A stretch of 64,000 nucleotides of DNA from positions 384,001-448,000 of the forward strand of contig CBDCNP010000002.1 of the NCBI GenBank assembly GCA_965219415.1. The letters run 5' to 3'. Positions 10,075-19,611 of the stretch are shown in pieces. This stretch comes from Candidatus Marinacidobacterales bacterium. Its GTDB lineage: Bacteria; Acidobacteriota; Vicinamibacteria; Marinacidobacterales; DATDRI01. Both the position numbers and the translations under genes were made by a program. A model generated the notes under the pieces. The model worked only from the letters and a program-made list of their open reading frames with translations, did not search any database and was not told where the DNA came from. Position 1 is the first letter of the stretch, and each line of letters opens with the position of its first letter.

Positions 10075-11644
10075 CTAGTTCAAATCGGAGAACGTGTTCT
10101 CGGCTTTTTCGATGAACGGCGGCCGCCAATTCGGGAACCGGTCTCGAAAAATATGGTCCCGTCCGTAATGCTCCTCCAAGAGACGTCCCTTGGCGGTCCC
10201 TCCGTTCCAGAGGTCGTACTCGGGGACCGCGTACCTCTCGAAGAAAGCGTTCAATCTCTCGTCGAGCGTCCCCACGACCTCTCGGTAGGCGGGATCGGCT
10301 GCTAGGTTGATGGTCTCGCCGGGATCGGCCTCCATATCAAAGAGAGTATCCGGCTCCTCTCGATCGAAACGCTTCATGTACTTCCACTTGGGCGTTCGGA
10401 TCACTCGGAGAGTGACGAACTCGAAGAAAGCGGCGTCCTCCCAGCCCATGTCTTCTCCACTTAGGAGCCCCGCATAGGTCTTCCCCGGCGTGTTCTCGAT
10501 CGTCACGTCACCCATCCCGAGATAGTCGAGGACCGTCGGGAAGAAATCGTATTGCCCGACGAGTCGATCGGTCTCGGCGCCGGCTGGAATACGCCCAGGA
10601 TGCCGAAAGATCATAGGGATCTGCATGTGGACGTTCAACACCGTAAAGGGAAACGACCAGGAGGTGTTCCCCCAGAAGCCATGCTGCCCGTATGAGGCCG
10701 CCTGATCGGAGGTGTAGATGACCAACGTATTGTCATCGAAGCCGTGCCGGCCCAGCGCCTCCATCACTCTGCCCACGCCATCATCCACCATGGTCGTCTC
10801 GGACGCGGTGTTGACGACCGCCGCTCTGTTCGTCAGCGCATCGATGGCCTTCGCCGCCGTCGTTCCTTCGTCGATCATCAAGTCCGAGGGTCCCCTGCCT
10901 CGCGCCCACCTCATCACGTAAGGATGGGGCGCCGACTCCCGGGCGAAGTCGGGCGTATGCGCCTCGTAATGGGCCGCGTGACGGGTTCGCGGTTCCATGT
11001 TCACGGTGGGTGGCAACATGTAGGGACCGTTGTAAGGAAAGATACAAGAAGAAAGGTCTGTCGTCGGTCTGGCGCGAAATGAAGTCGATTGCCTTATCGG
11101 TCCAGAAGTCGGTGAGATGATTCTTCACCGTGTACGCCTCGCCGTTGTCGATGACCGACTGGTCATAGAAAGTCGTGGTGTGGCCAGAGGGAAACGTCAC
11201 CCAATACTGGAAGCCGAGCTGCGGCTCGGCAGCCTCGCCTAGATGATACTTGCCGACGAGACCAGTGGTATAGCCGGCCTCGGACAAGGTCTGGGGCAAC
11301 GAGCGGAATTCCTCGACGGCCGACCAGCCGGAGACGCCGGTGACACCGGGGAGCGCTACGTGGATACCGGTCTGAGAAGGGATGAGTCCAGTTAGTAAAG
11401 TCGCACGTGTCGGAGAGCACACGCCGTTCACGGCGAAAGCGCGATTGAATCGAATTCCTTCCTCCGCCAGGCGATCGATGTTGGGGGTTTTGACCTGAGT
11501 ATTCCCATAGGTCCCGAGTAACGAATGACTCTGGTTGTCCGAGACGATGAGAAGCAGATTGGGGGGACGAGACGAGTCTTCCCCAGCGCAGCCGATGGCC
11601 CCAACCGCGATTGCAAGAGAGAGTACGTCTCGTATTCGTAGCAC
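10075..11644 (-). CDS. Formylglycine-dependent sulfatase, split by an apparent frameshift near 11035
   Basis: PNLLLIVSD, CSPTRA and GKYH in ORF 10781..11677; YTSDQ and LFDMEADPGE in ORF 10075..11019. Confidence 0.88.
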
Positions 11645-11760
11645 TTGAGCGCTTCCTTGGCATTCATGCGCGACCACCGTAATGGTCGCGCATGAGCGCG
11701 CAGAATACTCGCCAGCCTCTACGGTAGCAAGTTGGTTTGGAGGAAGGCGCTCGAACAGAT

Positions 11761-12213
11761 CTAACTGAGGAAATCGGCTGGGTCGACCCGCTGCACTTCA
11801 TCCACGACGTCGAAATCGCTATCGGTAGACAAGAGACGACGTAGCCCACCCTCTTCCATCGCAGCGATGTGGATGGCGTCGCGGGCGGTGATGCTTCCGT
11901 ATCGGAGCAAGAGCTCGCGGGCCCGAGCGGTGGTTCGCTCCGATACCGGGAGTACCTCGTCGCACAACTGAGTCGCCGCGCCGTAGACCTCGCGAGCAAC
12001 GTCGGGCTTCTGAAGTGTGAAATAGCGGTGCAGAATCTCCTGCAGGACCTCCGAGTCCGTTACCAGGCTCACGCGTTGATCGATTGCCGCCTGTAACGCG
12101 GCTCGGCAAGACTCGCGGAGAGAATGAGGCCCACCCGCGGCGTAAATCAGAACATTGGCGTCGAGAAAGTAGGCGTCAGGCTTTGTCTTTCCTGATGTCC
12201 GTCTTGAGACCAC
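11761..12213 (-). CDS. vapC: PIN-domain toxin (VapC family); start uncertain
   Basis: FLDANVLIY, EVLQE, RDAIH and STDSDFD acidic PIN residues. Confidence 0.9.
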   Translation of the reverse strand: MVSRRTSGKTKPDAYFLDANVLIYAAGGPHSLRESCRAALQAAIDQRVSLVTDSEVLQEILHRYFTLQKPDVAREVYGAATQLCDEVLPVSERTTARARELLLRYGSITARDAIHIAAMEEGGLRRLLSTDSDFDVVDEVQRVDPADFLS

Positions 12214-12445
12214 CGTACTGCTGCTTCCAATCGCCGTAGATTTCAGGAGCCGCCGTCGGTGCGAGCGAGAGAAGCTTCTGCAACGCTCGCCGCTTGACCC
12301 GTTCGGCCTCTGGCGTCAGGCAATACTTCTGGATTGACTCCCGGACCAATCCCGCGAGCTTCTTGCCGTCTCGGCGCGCGATACGCGACAGTTCTTGATA
12401 CTGCGCTTCGTCCAGCGTCACCTGGATCTTCTTGGTTTTGGGCAC
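12176..12445 (-). CDS. Ribbon-helix-helix antitoxin (VapB/CopG-like)
   Basis: KIQVTLDEAQYQELSRIA...LAGLVRESI pattern; directly upstream of and overlapping the PIN gene. Confidence 0.8.
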   Translation of the reverse strand: MPKTKKIQVTLDEAQYQELSRIARRDGKKLAGLVRESIQKYCLTPEAERVKRRALQKLLSLAPTAAPEIYGDWKQQYGGLKTDIRKDKA

Positions 12446-12454
12446 TTTACTCTC

Positions 12455-12500
12455 CTATTAATAAGTGTATAAATTAATAACACATGTGTTAATAATTTTG
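12455..12500 (-). promoter_or_regulatory. AT-rich vapBC promoter/operator
   Basis: Perfect palindrome TAACACATGTGTTA (12478..12491) and three TTAATAA copies just upstream of the antitoxin. Confidence 0.6.
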
Positions 12501-12724
12501 TGTCATACCGAACATAAGGAAACCAAGGGAAATCCAGAGCCTGAACGAGGGAGGCAAGTGGCAGGAAGCGAAGTCGTTTTTTATTAGGAAGATAGGCGGA
12601 TCGGCTGACTGCGTCCGGCCGGTCGGCGTTTTCTCAAGCCTTGTGGTACGATTTAGGAGTGGAAGGTCCGACCCTAGGCCCGCGCGCCGCGAGACAAATA
12701 AGCCGCTGAAAGCAGCCTTCTAAA

Positions 12725-13423
12725 ATGGCAGCCATCCCTAGGCGAATCGATCTACCCGTCCCTTACCCGGTGCTTTTGAAATCGGCCCTCAACTCCGGCC
12801 GGGGACAGCTGGTCAACGTCTCTTCAGATGGTGTCTATGTGGCCACGCCGATGCTTCTCCTCCCCCAAGCGCAGGTGAGTATGCTCATCATCCTGCCGGA
12901 GATGAAACCGGTGAAGGCCGAGGCGATCGTCACCTGGGAGAACCGGGGTACCGTGCGTCGCGGAGGCCTACCGGAGGGCTATGGCCTGCGCTTCATCAGG
13001 CTCCCCGAGGAGACCGCGCACAAAATCCGGGAGCTCCTAGACACCGCCACGGATCCGACGCCGACCATGCCCTTGGGACAAAAATACAGCGACTACTTTC
13101 AAGCCGAAGAAGAGCAACCCGAAGGACCTCCCTATCCACTCCAGGAGGACTCGCTCCTCCACCACGCTCCGGACCGGCCCGGAATATTCTCACTCTCTTA
13201 CGATCGGGCCCAGGAGGCTTGGATTGGCCGGGCGGACCACAGCCTTCGAGGGACCCTCGCGAGTTTCGTCGGCGAGTATGCTTACTTCTACTGTGAGGTC
13301 GTCGAGGACGAGACGGAGCGCTTCTATAGCGAGTGCAAGTCCTATCACCGCATGGGTGGCGAGCGGGGACAGCTCGACAACCCCGAGCATCCCACAGCGC
13401 CTTCACGTTCGGGCCTCGAATAG
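12725..13423 (+). CDS. PilZ domain fused to a degenerate GIY-YIG-like domain
   Basis: NVSSDG, AIVTW and GYGLRF (PilZ); C-terminal PGIFSL...WIGRAD..LRGTL...ECKSYH..GG...LDNPEHP. Confidence 0.65.
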   Translation: MAAIPRRIDLPVPYPVLLKSALNSGRGQLVNVSSDGVYVATPMLLLPQAQVSMLIILPEMKPVKAEAIVTWENRGTVRRGGLPEGYGLRFIRLPEETAHKIRELLDTATDPTPTMPLGQKYSDYFQAEEEQPEGPPYPLQEDSLLHHAPDRPGIFSLSYDRAQEAWIGRADHSLRGTLASFVGEYAYFYCEVVEDETERFYSECKSYHRMGGERGQLDNPEHPTAPSRSGLE

Positions 13424-13444
13424 TCCCGTCTGCGTGCCAGTCTA

Positions 13445-14044
13445 ACGGGCCCGGGCATCAATCCAGCGCGCGTGGCGCCCCACCCCCCCACGCGCGGCGG
13501 CGCCCAGTGCCAAGGCCTTGAAGATGTCGGTTCCGCGGCGGAATCCACCATCGATCAGAACCGGGAGCCGACCTTGAACCGCTTCCACTACTTCCGGCAG
13601 GCATTCGATAGTCCCTCGGTTGCTCTCTTCTCCGGGATGTGGCGCCTCGGGCCGAAGCCAACTCCCCTTCCGGATGCATGGGGCGTTGCAACCCTACCGG
13701 GGCCAGGATGATCGGCGTCTCATGGGTCTCCCCGAACAACCGCACGCTCGTGTCGACGTTGCTCACGTCCACGAGTCTTCGAACACGCAGTTGCAACCGG
13801 TCGAAGGCCTCGCGATGGCGCGCATTGTTTTTTCATCGTCGGATCCACCGGCGATGAAGTCATAGAATGGCTTGGGCAGCTTCCCGCGTGCCACGGGCTC
13901 GAGCTGGAAAACATTGATGGCGTCCCCAGCGGTGCCCGGAAGCTTTTCCTCGAGCGCATTTGCGACACCGGTGGCGAAGTAGCCAATGAGAGGCGAGTAG
14001 GCCAAGAATCGCAGGAATTCTCTACGCGGGTTGACGTCCATCAA
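13445..14044 (-). pseudogene. FMN-dependent alpha-hydroxy acid oxidase remnant (frameshift plus large internal deletion)
   Basis: N-terminal RREFL leader, YDFIAGGSDDE and [15 protein letters not shown] join almost directly to C-terminal [33 protein letters not shown]; total ~600 bp versus ~1.2 kb expected. Confidence 0.8.
13467..13496. repeat. REP-like hairpin, GCCCCACCCCC family (diverged copy)
   Basis: Arms CGCGCGTGG / CCACGCGCG enclose CGCCCCACCCCC. Confidence 0.55.
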
Positions 14045-14068
14045 TCTCCTTTTGACCAGCCGGCTCGC

Positions 14069-14821
14069 CTATCGACTAGCCAGTCCGCCGGCCGTTTCTC
14101 CACCATCCATCGTATAGACATGTCCGGTAATGAAGGCAGCATCGTCCGAAGCTAGGAAAGAGAACAGGGCGGCGATTTCCTCTGGCTTGGCGTGGCGGCC
14201 GAGCGGTATCTTTTGATTCACCTCTTGCAGCTCCACGTCGGAGTATTCGGCGCGCTGCATCGGCGTCAGGACGTAGCCCGGGGAGACGGCGTTGACTCGC
14301 ACTTTCGGCGCCAGCTCGAGAGCCATCGAACGCGTGAGCGCAATCACACCGGCCTTGCTCACGTTGTAGTCGGCATAGTTGGGATAGCCGAAGCGGCCGC
14401 TGGTCGACGCGGTGTTCAGAATCACCCCCCCCTCGCCCTCGACCATGCTGCGCGCCGCGGTCTGCGCCACGTAGAACATGCCGGTGAGATTTACCGCCAA
14501 CACCCGATCCCATTCCTCCGCGGTGATGTCCAAAAAAGAGTGGCGGATACTGATACCCGCGTTATTGATCACGACGTCGACGCCACCCATGACCTCATTC
14601 GCCTCCGCGAAGGCGGCTCGAACCTGTTCTAGGTTGGAAACGTCGCACGCGATTGAGCCAGCGAGCTCCGGGAGATCTTCGGCGAATTTCCTTCCCGCCT
14701 CTTCGTCGCGATCCAGAATCGCCGTCCGCGCCCCTTCATCGAGGAAGCGATGGGCGGTTGCCGCGCCGATGCCGCTCGCACCGCCGGTGATCAAGACCCT
14801 CTTTCCCGTCAAGCCTAGCAT
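14069..14821 (-). CDS. SDR family oxidoreductase
   Basis: TGGASGIG, NNAG and YNVSK motifs. Confidence 0.95.
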   Translation of the reverse strand: MLGLTGKRVLITGGASGIGAATAHRFLDEGARTAILDRDEEAGRKFAEDLPELAGSIACDVSNLEQVRAAFAEANEVMGGVDVVINNAGISIRHSFLDITAEEWDRVLAVNLTGMFYVAQTAARSMVEGEGGVILNTASTSGRFGYPNYADYNVSKAGVIALTRSMALELAPKVRVNAVSPGYVLTPMQRAEYSDVELQEVNQKIPLGRHAKPEEIAALFSFLASDDAAFITGHVYTMDGGETAGGLASR

Positions 14822-14836
14822 ATCACCCCTGCCCGC

Positions 14837-16168
14837 TCAGTCCGCGCGGGACAGATCGTCCAACGCCTCGCCGATAGCAACCACCGTGGCGTCGATGTCG
14901 GCGTCCTGGTGGGCGAGACAGGTTACCGAGTGAAGAGCGGCGGAAGGGCTGATGTAAACGCCCCGCCGAATCAGACTGTGGGCGAAGCGCTTGAACTTGG
15001 CCGCATCTACATGTGCACAGTAGTCGCGATAGTTGCGAATAGCAGGTTGTTCCGTGAACATCACCTGAAGCATGGGGCCGACGCCCTGAACGATCGCCTT
15101 CACCCCGCTAGCCTCGATGGCATCAGCGATTCCCCTCTGCAGCCTCTCCCCCAACTCATGAAGACGTCGAAAGCCACCGTTCTCGTCTCGCGTCAGCTCG
15201 TCGAGACTCGCCTGCACGATGTGCAGCCCGAGCCGAGGGGCATTCTGCGTGCCGTAGTGAAGCACGCCTCCCCATCGAAGGCCATCCATGATCTCGACTG
15301 CGCCGCTGATCGCGGCCACCGGGTAGCCGCACCCAAGCGCCTTACCAAAGATCGTGATGTCCGGTCGAACGTCGTAGAGCTCGGCGCAACCACCTGCAGC
15401 GACGCGAAAGCCGGTCACCGTTTCGTCCATGATCATGAGGATCTTGTGATCCTGCGTCAGTTCCCGAACGTGTTTCAAGAAGCCTGGCTCCGGCGGAATG
15501 ACTCCGATGTTCGCCATGATCCCTTCGGTGATCACCGCAGCAAGCTGCCCCAAGTGAGAATCGATCGCGCGCTCGAGGGCGTCGGAGTCGTTCCAAGGAA
15601 CGACGACGGTGTTGGCGAAGGCTTCCGAAGGCACGCCCGAGCTGTCGGGAATCGTCACCGGATCATGAGGATGCCCGAGGGACGTGATGGGATGAGGGTG
15701 AGAGCTGAGCAGAAAATCATCGTACCAACCGTGGTAGTGCCCCTCGAATTTGATGAATTTGCTCCGCCCGGTGATGCCGCGCGCCAGTCGAATGGCGGCC
15801 ATGGCGGCCTCGGTGCCGGTGTTCGCGAACCGGATCCTCTCCGCACCGGGGACCATGCCGACGAGCTTTTCTGCGACTTCGACTTCGACCGCCGACGCGG
15901 TGGCGAAGAGACTTCCCCCGGCGATGGTGTTGCGGACCGTCTCGACGATGCGCGGATGGGCATGCCCTAAGGGCAAGGCTCCATAAGAAAGCATGAGATC
16001 GATGTACTCGTTGCCGTCCACATCGTAGAGTCGGCATCCTTCGCCCCGATCCATAAAGATTGGATAGGGCTCGTAGTTGACGCGCCCCCGCGACGGTGAG
16101 CTTACGCCCTCGACCAAGACCTCGAGCGCGCGCGCATACCACTCGGCCGATTTGTTCGTTGAAACCAT
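14837..16168 (-). CDS. Class III PLP aminotransferase (glutamate-1-semialdehyde aminomutase-like)
   Basis: DVDGNEYID, GTEA, FEGHYHG, DETVTGFR and FGKALG motifs. Confidence 0.9.
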   Translation of the reverse strand: MVSTNKSAEWYARALEVLVEGVSSPSRGRVNYEPYPIFMDRGEGCRLYDVDGNEYIDLMLSYGALPLGHAHPRIVETVRNTIAGGSLFATASAVEVEVAEKLVGMVPGAERIRFANTGTEAAMAAIRLARGITGRSKFIKFEGHYHGWYDDFLLSSHPHPITSLGHPHDPVTIPDSSGVPSEAFANTVVVPWNDSDALERAIDSHLGQLAAVITEGIMANIGVIPPEPGFLKHVRELTQDHKILMIMDETVTGFRVAAGGCAELYDVRPDITIFGKALGCGYPVAAISGAVEIMDGLRWGGVLHYGTQNAPRLGLHIVQASLDELTRDENGGFRRLHELGERLQRGIADAIEASGVKAIVQGVGPMLQVMFTEQPAIRNYRDYCAHVDAAKFKRFAHSLIRRGVYISPSAALHSVTCLAHQDADIDATVVAIGEALDDLSRAD

Positions 16169-16185
16169 TGCACTCCCCTCGATGT

Positions 16186-16315
16186 CTACCTAGTCTGCTT
16201 CAAATAGGTATCGAAGCAGCGACGCAACTCGCTCGCCGCGGCCTCGACCTCCTCGAACCGCATCCGCGGCCAATCGTACCGCAAAACTCTTGCAGTATAC
16301 GCACCGTCTTGTCGG
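16186..16315 (-). repeat. Direct repeat copy A: displaced 3' end of the 23093..24256 gene
   Basis: By-eye alignment to 23093..23223 gives 12 mismatches and 1 gap, with a 72 bp identical core; translates ...RFEEVEAAASELRRCFDTYLKQTR*. Confidence 0.95.
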
Positions 16316-16340
16316 GACCTAACCCCCTCCCGCTCGGCCA

Positions 16341-19300
16341 TCAGCGGGAGTCGAGATCTCCGTCATCAAGGTCCTCCGCGACTCGCGCCGGCTTCCCATA
16401 GCGAAGGAAAAGAGCGGGCACCACGACCATGTTGAGAGCGGTGGAGCTCAGAAGTCCTCCCAGCACCACTATCGCCATCGGGGACTGGATCTCTTTTCCA
16501 GCCTCACCGCCGCCGATAGCGAGTGGAACGAGCGCGAGTGCCGTCGTCAAGGCGGTCATGAGAATGGGGTTCAGACGTTCGAGCGAGCCGCGGAAAACCG
16601 CTTCCCGGCGAGGCTCGCCTTCGAGCATCAGGCGATTGTAGTGGCTCACGAGCAGGATGCCGTTGCGCACAGCGATGCCGAAGAGCGTGATGAAACCCAC
16701 CAGGGAAGCAACGTTCAGTACACTACCCGCCGCGAGAAGCGCCGTCACGCCGCCGATCAGAGCCAGCGGTAAGTTGACCATGATGAGAAGCGCGGTGCGG
16801 GCACTTCCGAACTCCTGGTAGAGGATCAGAAAGATGGCGAGAATGGAAGCGGCGGAAAGAACGAAAATCGCGCGGGCCGCGGCCTCCCCGCTTTCGAACT
16901 GACCGCCATACTCGACGTAGTAGCCCTCGGGAAGGTCGATGCTCGCTTCGATTCTCTCGCGGAACTCCTGGACCACGCTCGCCACGTCACGGCCGCTGAC
17001 GTTCGCTTGCACGACAATCTTTCTCTGTACGTTCTCCCGGCTGATCGTGTTGGGCCCACGGTCCTCCGCGACCTCGGCGAGCCATGCGAGCTTGACCTTC
17101 GCGCCGAGAGGCGTATCGATGACCGCGTTCCGTATCTTCTCGGCACTTCCACGGTGCTCCTCATCGAAGCGCACGACGAGGTCGAAGGCGTTTTGTCCCT
17201 CGAGCACCTGGCTGACGGGCTCTCCATAGAAGGCCACATCGATGGCCTCCGCAAGAGTCCCCGGAGTCACGCCGTACTTGCTCATGGCGTCGCGGTCGGA
17301 CACGACGCGAAGTTGGGGTACGTCCGCCTGCTGCTCGACCGTCAGGTCTGCTACCCCGGGGACGTCCTCCACGGCCGCCCGCACAGACTCCGCGAGCCGG
17401 CGGAGCTGGTGGAGGTCGGGTCCGAAGATCTTGACGGCAATCGCAGCACGAGTGCCGGAGAGCATATGATCGATGCGATGGCCAATCGGTTGACCAATCG
17501 TGATGTTGGTTCCGGGAACGGCAGCGAGGTCGACCCGGAGCTCGTCCATGACGTCTCCGAGCTCGCCCTGGGAAAGATCGAGGAGAACGTCGATCTCCGC
17601 GGCGTTCACACCCTGAGCGTGCTCGTCGAGCTCGGCTCGCCCCGTGCGCCGCGCCGTCGAAACCACCGCAGGGTGCGCTAGCATTTTTCGCTCGGTCAGC
17701 CGACCGAGCTCGTCCGATTCTATGATGCCCGTTCCTGGCATGGTCACCGCGGACACGGTCAGCGTTCCCTCCTGAAACTCGGGTAGAAAACCTCGTCCCA
17801 GAAACGGGAAGACGACTATCGTCACCGCGACGAAAGGCACCGCCGCCATCGTGACCGCCGTCGGGTGCTTCAGAACGACTGCGAGCGTCCGCGCGTAGGC
17901 TCCCTTCAAGTGTTCGACTAACCAGCTCTCACGCTCCCGGTCGATGAAGGCCGCCCGGGGAAGTAAGAACGAGCAGAGGACCGGGGTGATGGTAACCGCC
18001 ACCCCGAGGGAAGCGAGGATGCTGACGATGTAAGCAAAGCCCAGAGGCTGCAGCATGCGGCCCTCGACTCCGGAGAGGAAGAACAGAGGAACGAAGACAA
18101 TCGAAATAATGACCGTGGCCTTCACGATGGGAGCACGAATCTCTCGCGCTGCGTCGTAGACGACGAGAAGAGCCCGCCGTCGCCCTCCTTCCGGAAGGCG
18201 GCGGTTCTCCCTCAGGCGGCGGAAGGTATTCTCGACGCCGATGATCGCATCGTCCACGAGAGCGCCCATCGCGATCGCCATCCCGCCCAAAGTCATCGTA
18301 TTGATCGTGATTCCGAGGAGCATCATCGTGATGACGGCGACAGCGAGCGACAACGGGATCGCGAGGACGGAAACCGCGGTGGTGCGGAAGTTCCAGAGGA
18401 AGAGGAACAGGATGACGACGACGAGAACGGCGCCGTCACGAAGCGCCTCGACGACATTGTCTATCGCCAAAGAGATGAAGTCGGCTTGCCGGAAGATCCC
18501 CCGGTTGATGGCGATCCCCTCGGGGAGGCTCTCCTTCAGCCGGTCGAGCTCTTCGTCGATCCGGTCCGTCAGTTCGAGCGTGTTCGCGTTCGGCTGTTTC
18601 TGGACGGAAAGGACGACGGCCGGCTCGGCGTTGACGGAGGCGGTCCCGAAACGAGGCTTGGCGCCGACCCGCACGTCGGCGACGTCGCCGATGCGGACGG
18701 GAGTGCCGTTTACGAGGCGCACCACTGTTTTCTCGATGTCCGCGAGTTGCTGAACGCGGCCCAGGCCCCGGATGAGGATTTCCTGCCCGCTCTCGAGATA
18801 GACACCGCCCGAGGCAACCGCGTTGGAGCTCTCCGCGGCGCGGAGCACGTCCGATAGCCCCACGCCGTAGAATCGCATGCGGTCCGGGTGAACCAGCACC
18901 TGATACTGCTTCACGGCGCCTCCGATGGGAACAACTTGAGCCACGCCCGGAATCGCGAGAAGCCGTTTCCTTACCACCCAGTCGGCGACGGTTCGCACCT
19001 CCATCGGAGGGAGACTGTCGCTCGTCATACTGTCGGTCGGAGTCAGGCCCACGAGCAAGATCTCACCCATGATGGAAGTGATAGGCGCGAGAACCGGTGG
19101 GCTCGTGCTCCCGGGGAGCTGGGCGGCGACGAGCTGAAGCTTCTCACCTACGATCTGGCGCGCACGGTAGATGTCCTCACCCCAGTCGAACTCGACCCAG
19201 ACGATGCTGATGCCTTGGGCGGACGACGAGCGCACCCGCCTCACGCCGGCGGCACCATTGACTGCTGTCTCGATGGGGAAGGTGACGAGCAGCTCGACCT

Positions 19301-19478
19301 CCTCGGCCGCCATGCCGTGCGCTTCGGTGAGCACGGTCACAGTGGGCGCGGTCAGGTCCGGAAAGACGTCGATCGGGATCGTTACAGCCGAATAGATGCC
19401 TCCGGCCAGGACAGCGGCGGCGCTGAAAAGCGTGACGAGCCGGTTCTGCAAGGACCAACGGATGACTTTGTCCAGCAT
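16341..19478 (-). CDS. Heavy-metal efflux RND permease (CusA/CzcA family); start MLDKVIRWS
   Basis: IDVFPDLTAPTV, NTMTLGG..A.GALVDDAII and RLNPILMT motifs; ~1045 aa. Confidence 0.95.
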   Translation of the reverse strand: MLDKVIRWSLQNRLVTLFSAAAVLAGGIYSAVTIPIDVFPDLTAPTVTVLTEAHGMAAEEVELLVTFPIETAVNGAAGVRRVRSSSAQGISIVWVEFDWGEDIYRARQIVGEKLQLVAAQLPGSTSPPVLAPITSIMGEILLVGLTPTDSMTSDSLPPMEVRTVADWVVRKRLLAIPGVAQVVPIGGAVKQYQVLVHPDRMRFYGVGLSDVLRAAESSNAVASGGVYLESGQEILIRGLGRVQQLADIEKTVVRLVNGTPVRIGDVADVRVGAKPRFGTASVNAEPAVVLSVQKQPNANTLELTDRIDEELDRLKESLPEGIAINRGIFRQADFISLAIDNVVEALRDGAVLVVVILFLFLWNFRTTAVSVLAIPLSLAVAVITMMLLGITINTMTLGGMAIAMGALVDDAIIGVENTFRRLRENRRLPEGGRRRALLVVYDAAREIRAPIVKATVIISIVFVPLFFLSGVEGRMLQPLGFAYIVSILASLGVAVTITPVLCSFLLPRAAFIDRERESWLVEHLKGAYARTLAVVLKHPTAVTMAAVPFVAVTIVVFPFLGRGFLPEFQEGTLTVSAVTMPGTGIIESDELGRLTERKMLAHPAVVSTARRTGRAELDEHAQGVNAAEIDVLLDLSQGELGDVMDELRVDLAAVPGTNITIGQPIGHRIDHMLSGTRAAIAVKIFGPDLHQLRRLAESVRAAVEDVPGVADLTVEQQADVPQLRVVSDRDAMSKYGVTPGTLAEAIDVAFYGEPVSQVLEGQNAFDLVVRFDEEHRGSAEKIRNAVIDTPLGAKVKLAWLAEVAEDRGPNTISRENVQRKIVVQANVSGRDVASVVQEFRERIEASIDLPEGYYVEYGGQFESGEAAARAIFVLSAASILAIFLILYQEFGSARTALLIMVNLPLALIGGVTALLAAGSVLNVASLVGFITLFGIAVRNGILLVSHYNRLMLEGEPRREAVFRGSLERLNPILMTALTTALALVPLAIGGGEAGKEIQSPMAIVVLGGLLSSTALNMVVVPALFLRYGKPARVAEDLDDGDLDSR

Positions 19479-19494
19479 TTTGCAGTCTTCTTTC

Positions 19495-19611
19495 AGTGCT
19501 CGCTCACTCGGCGTTCGCTCGCTGGCCGCGCTCCTCGCGCGGCCTCCCCGGCCCATTCGGGCCGTGCTCGCTCCGCTCGCGCAGGGTGCGTCGCATCTGT
19601 TAGCACCCTGC
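19495..19611. repeat. Composite palindromic intergenic element between MFP and RND genes
   Basis: Three hairpins (19524..19544, 19549..19564, 19581..19611) plus repeated GCTCGCT units. Confidence 0.6.

Noticed and set aside
14837-16168. hemL assignment
   Set aside because: The fold matches but the GTLSGNP-type motif is replaced and no tetrapyrrole genes are nearby.
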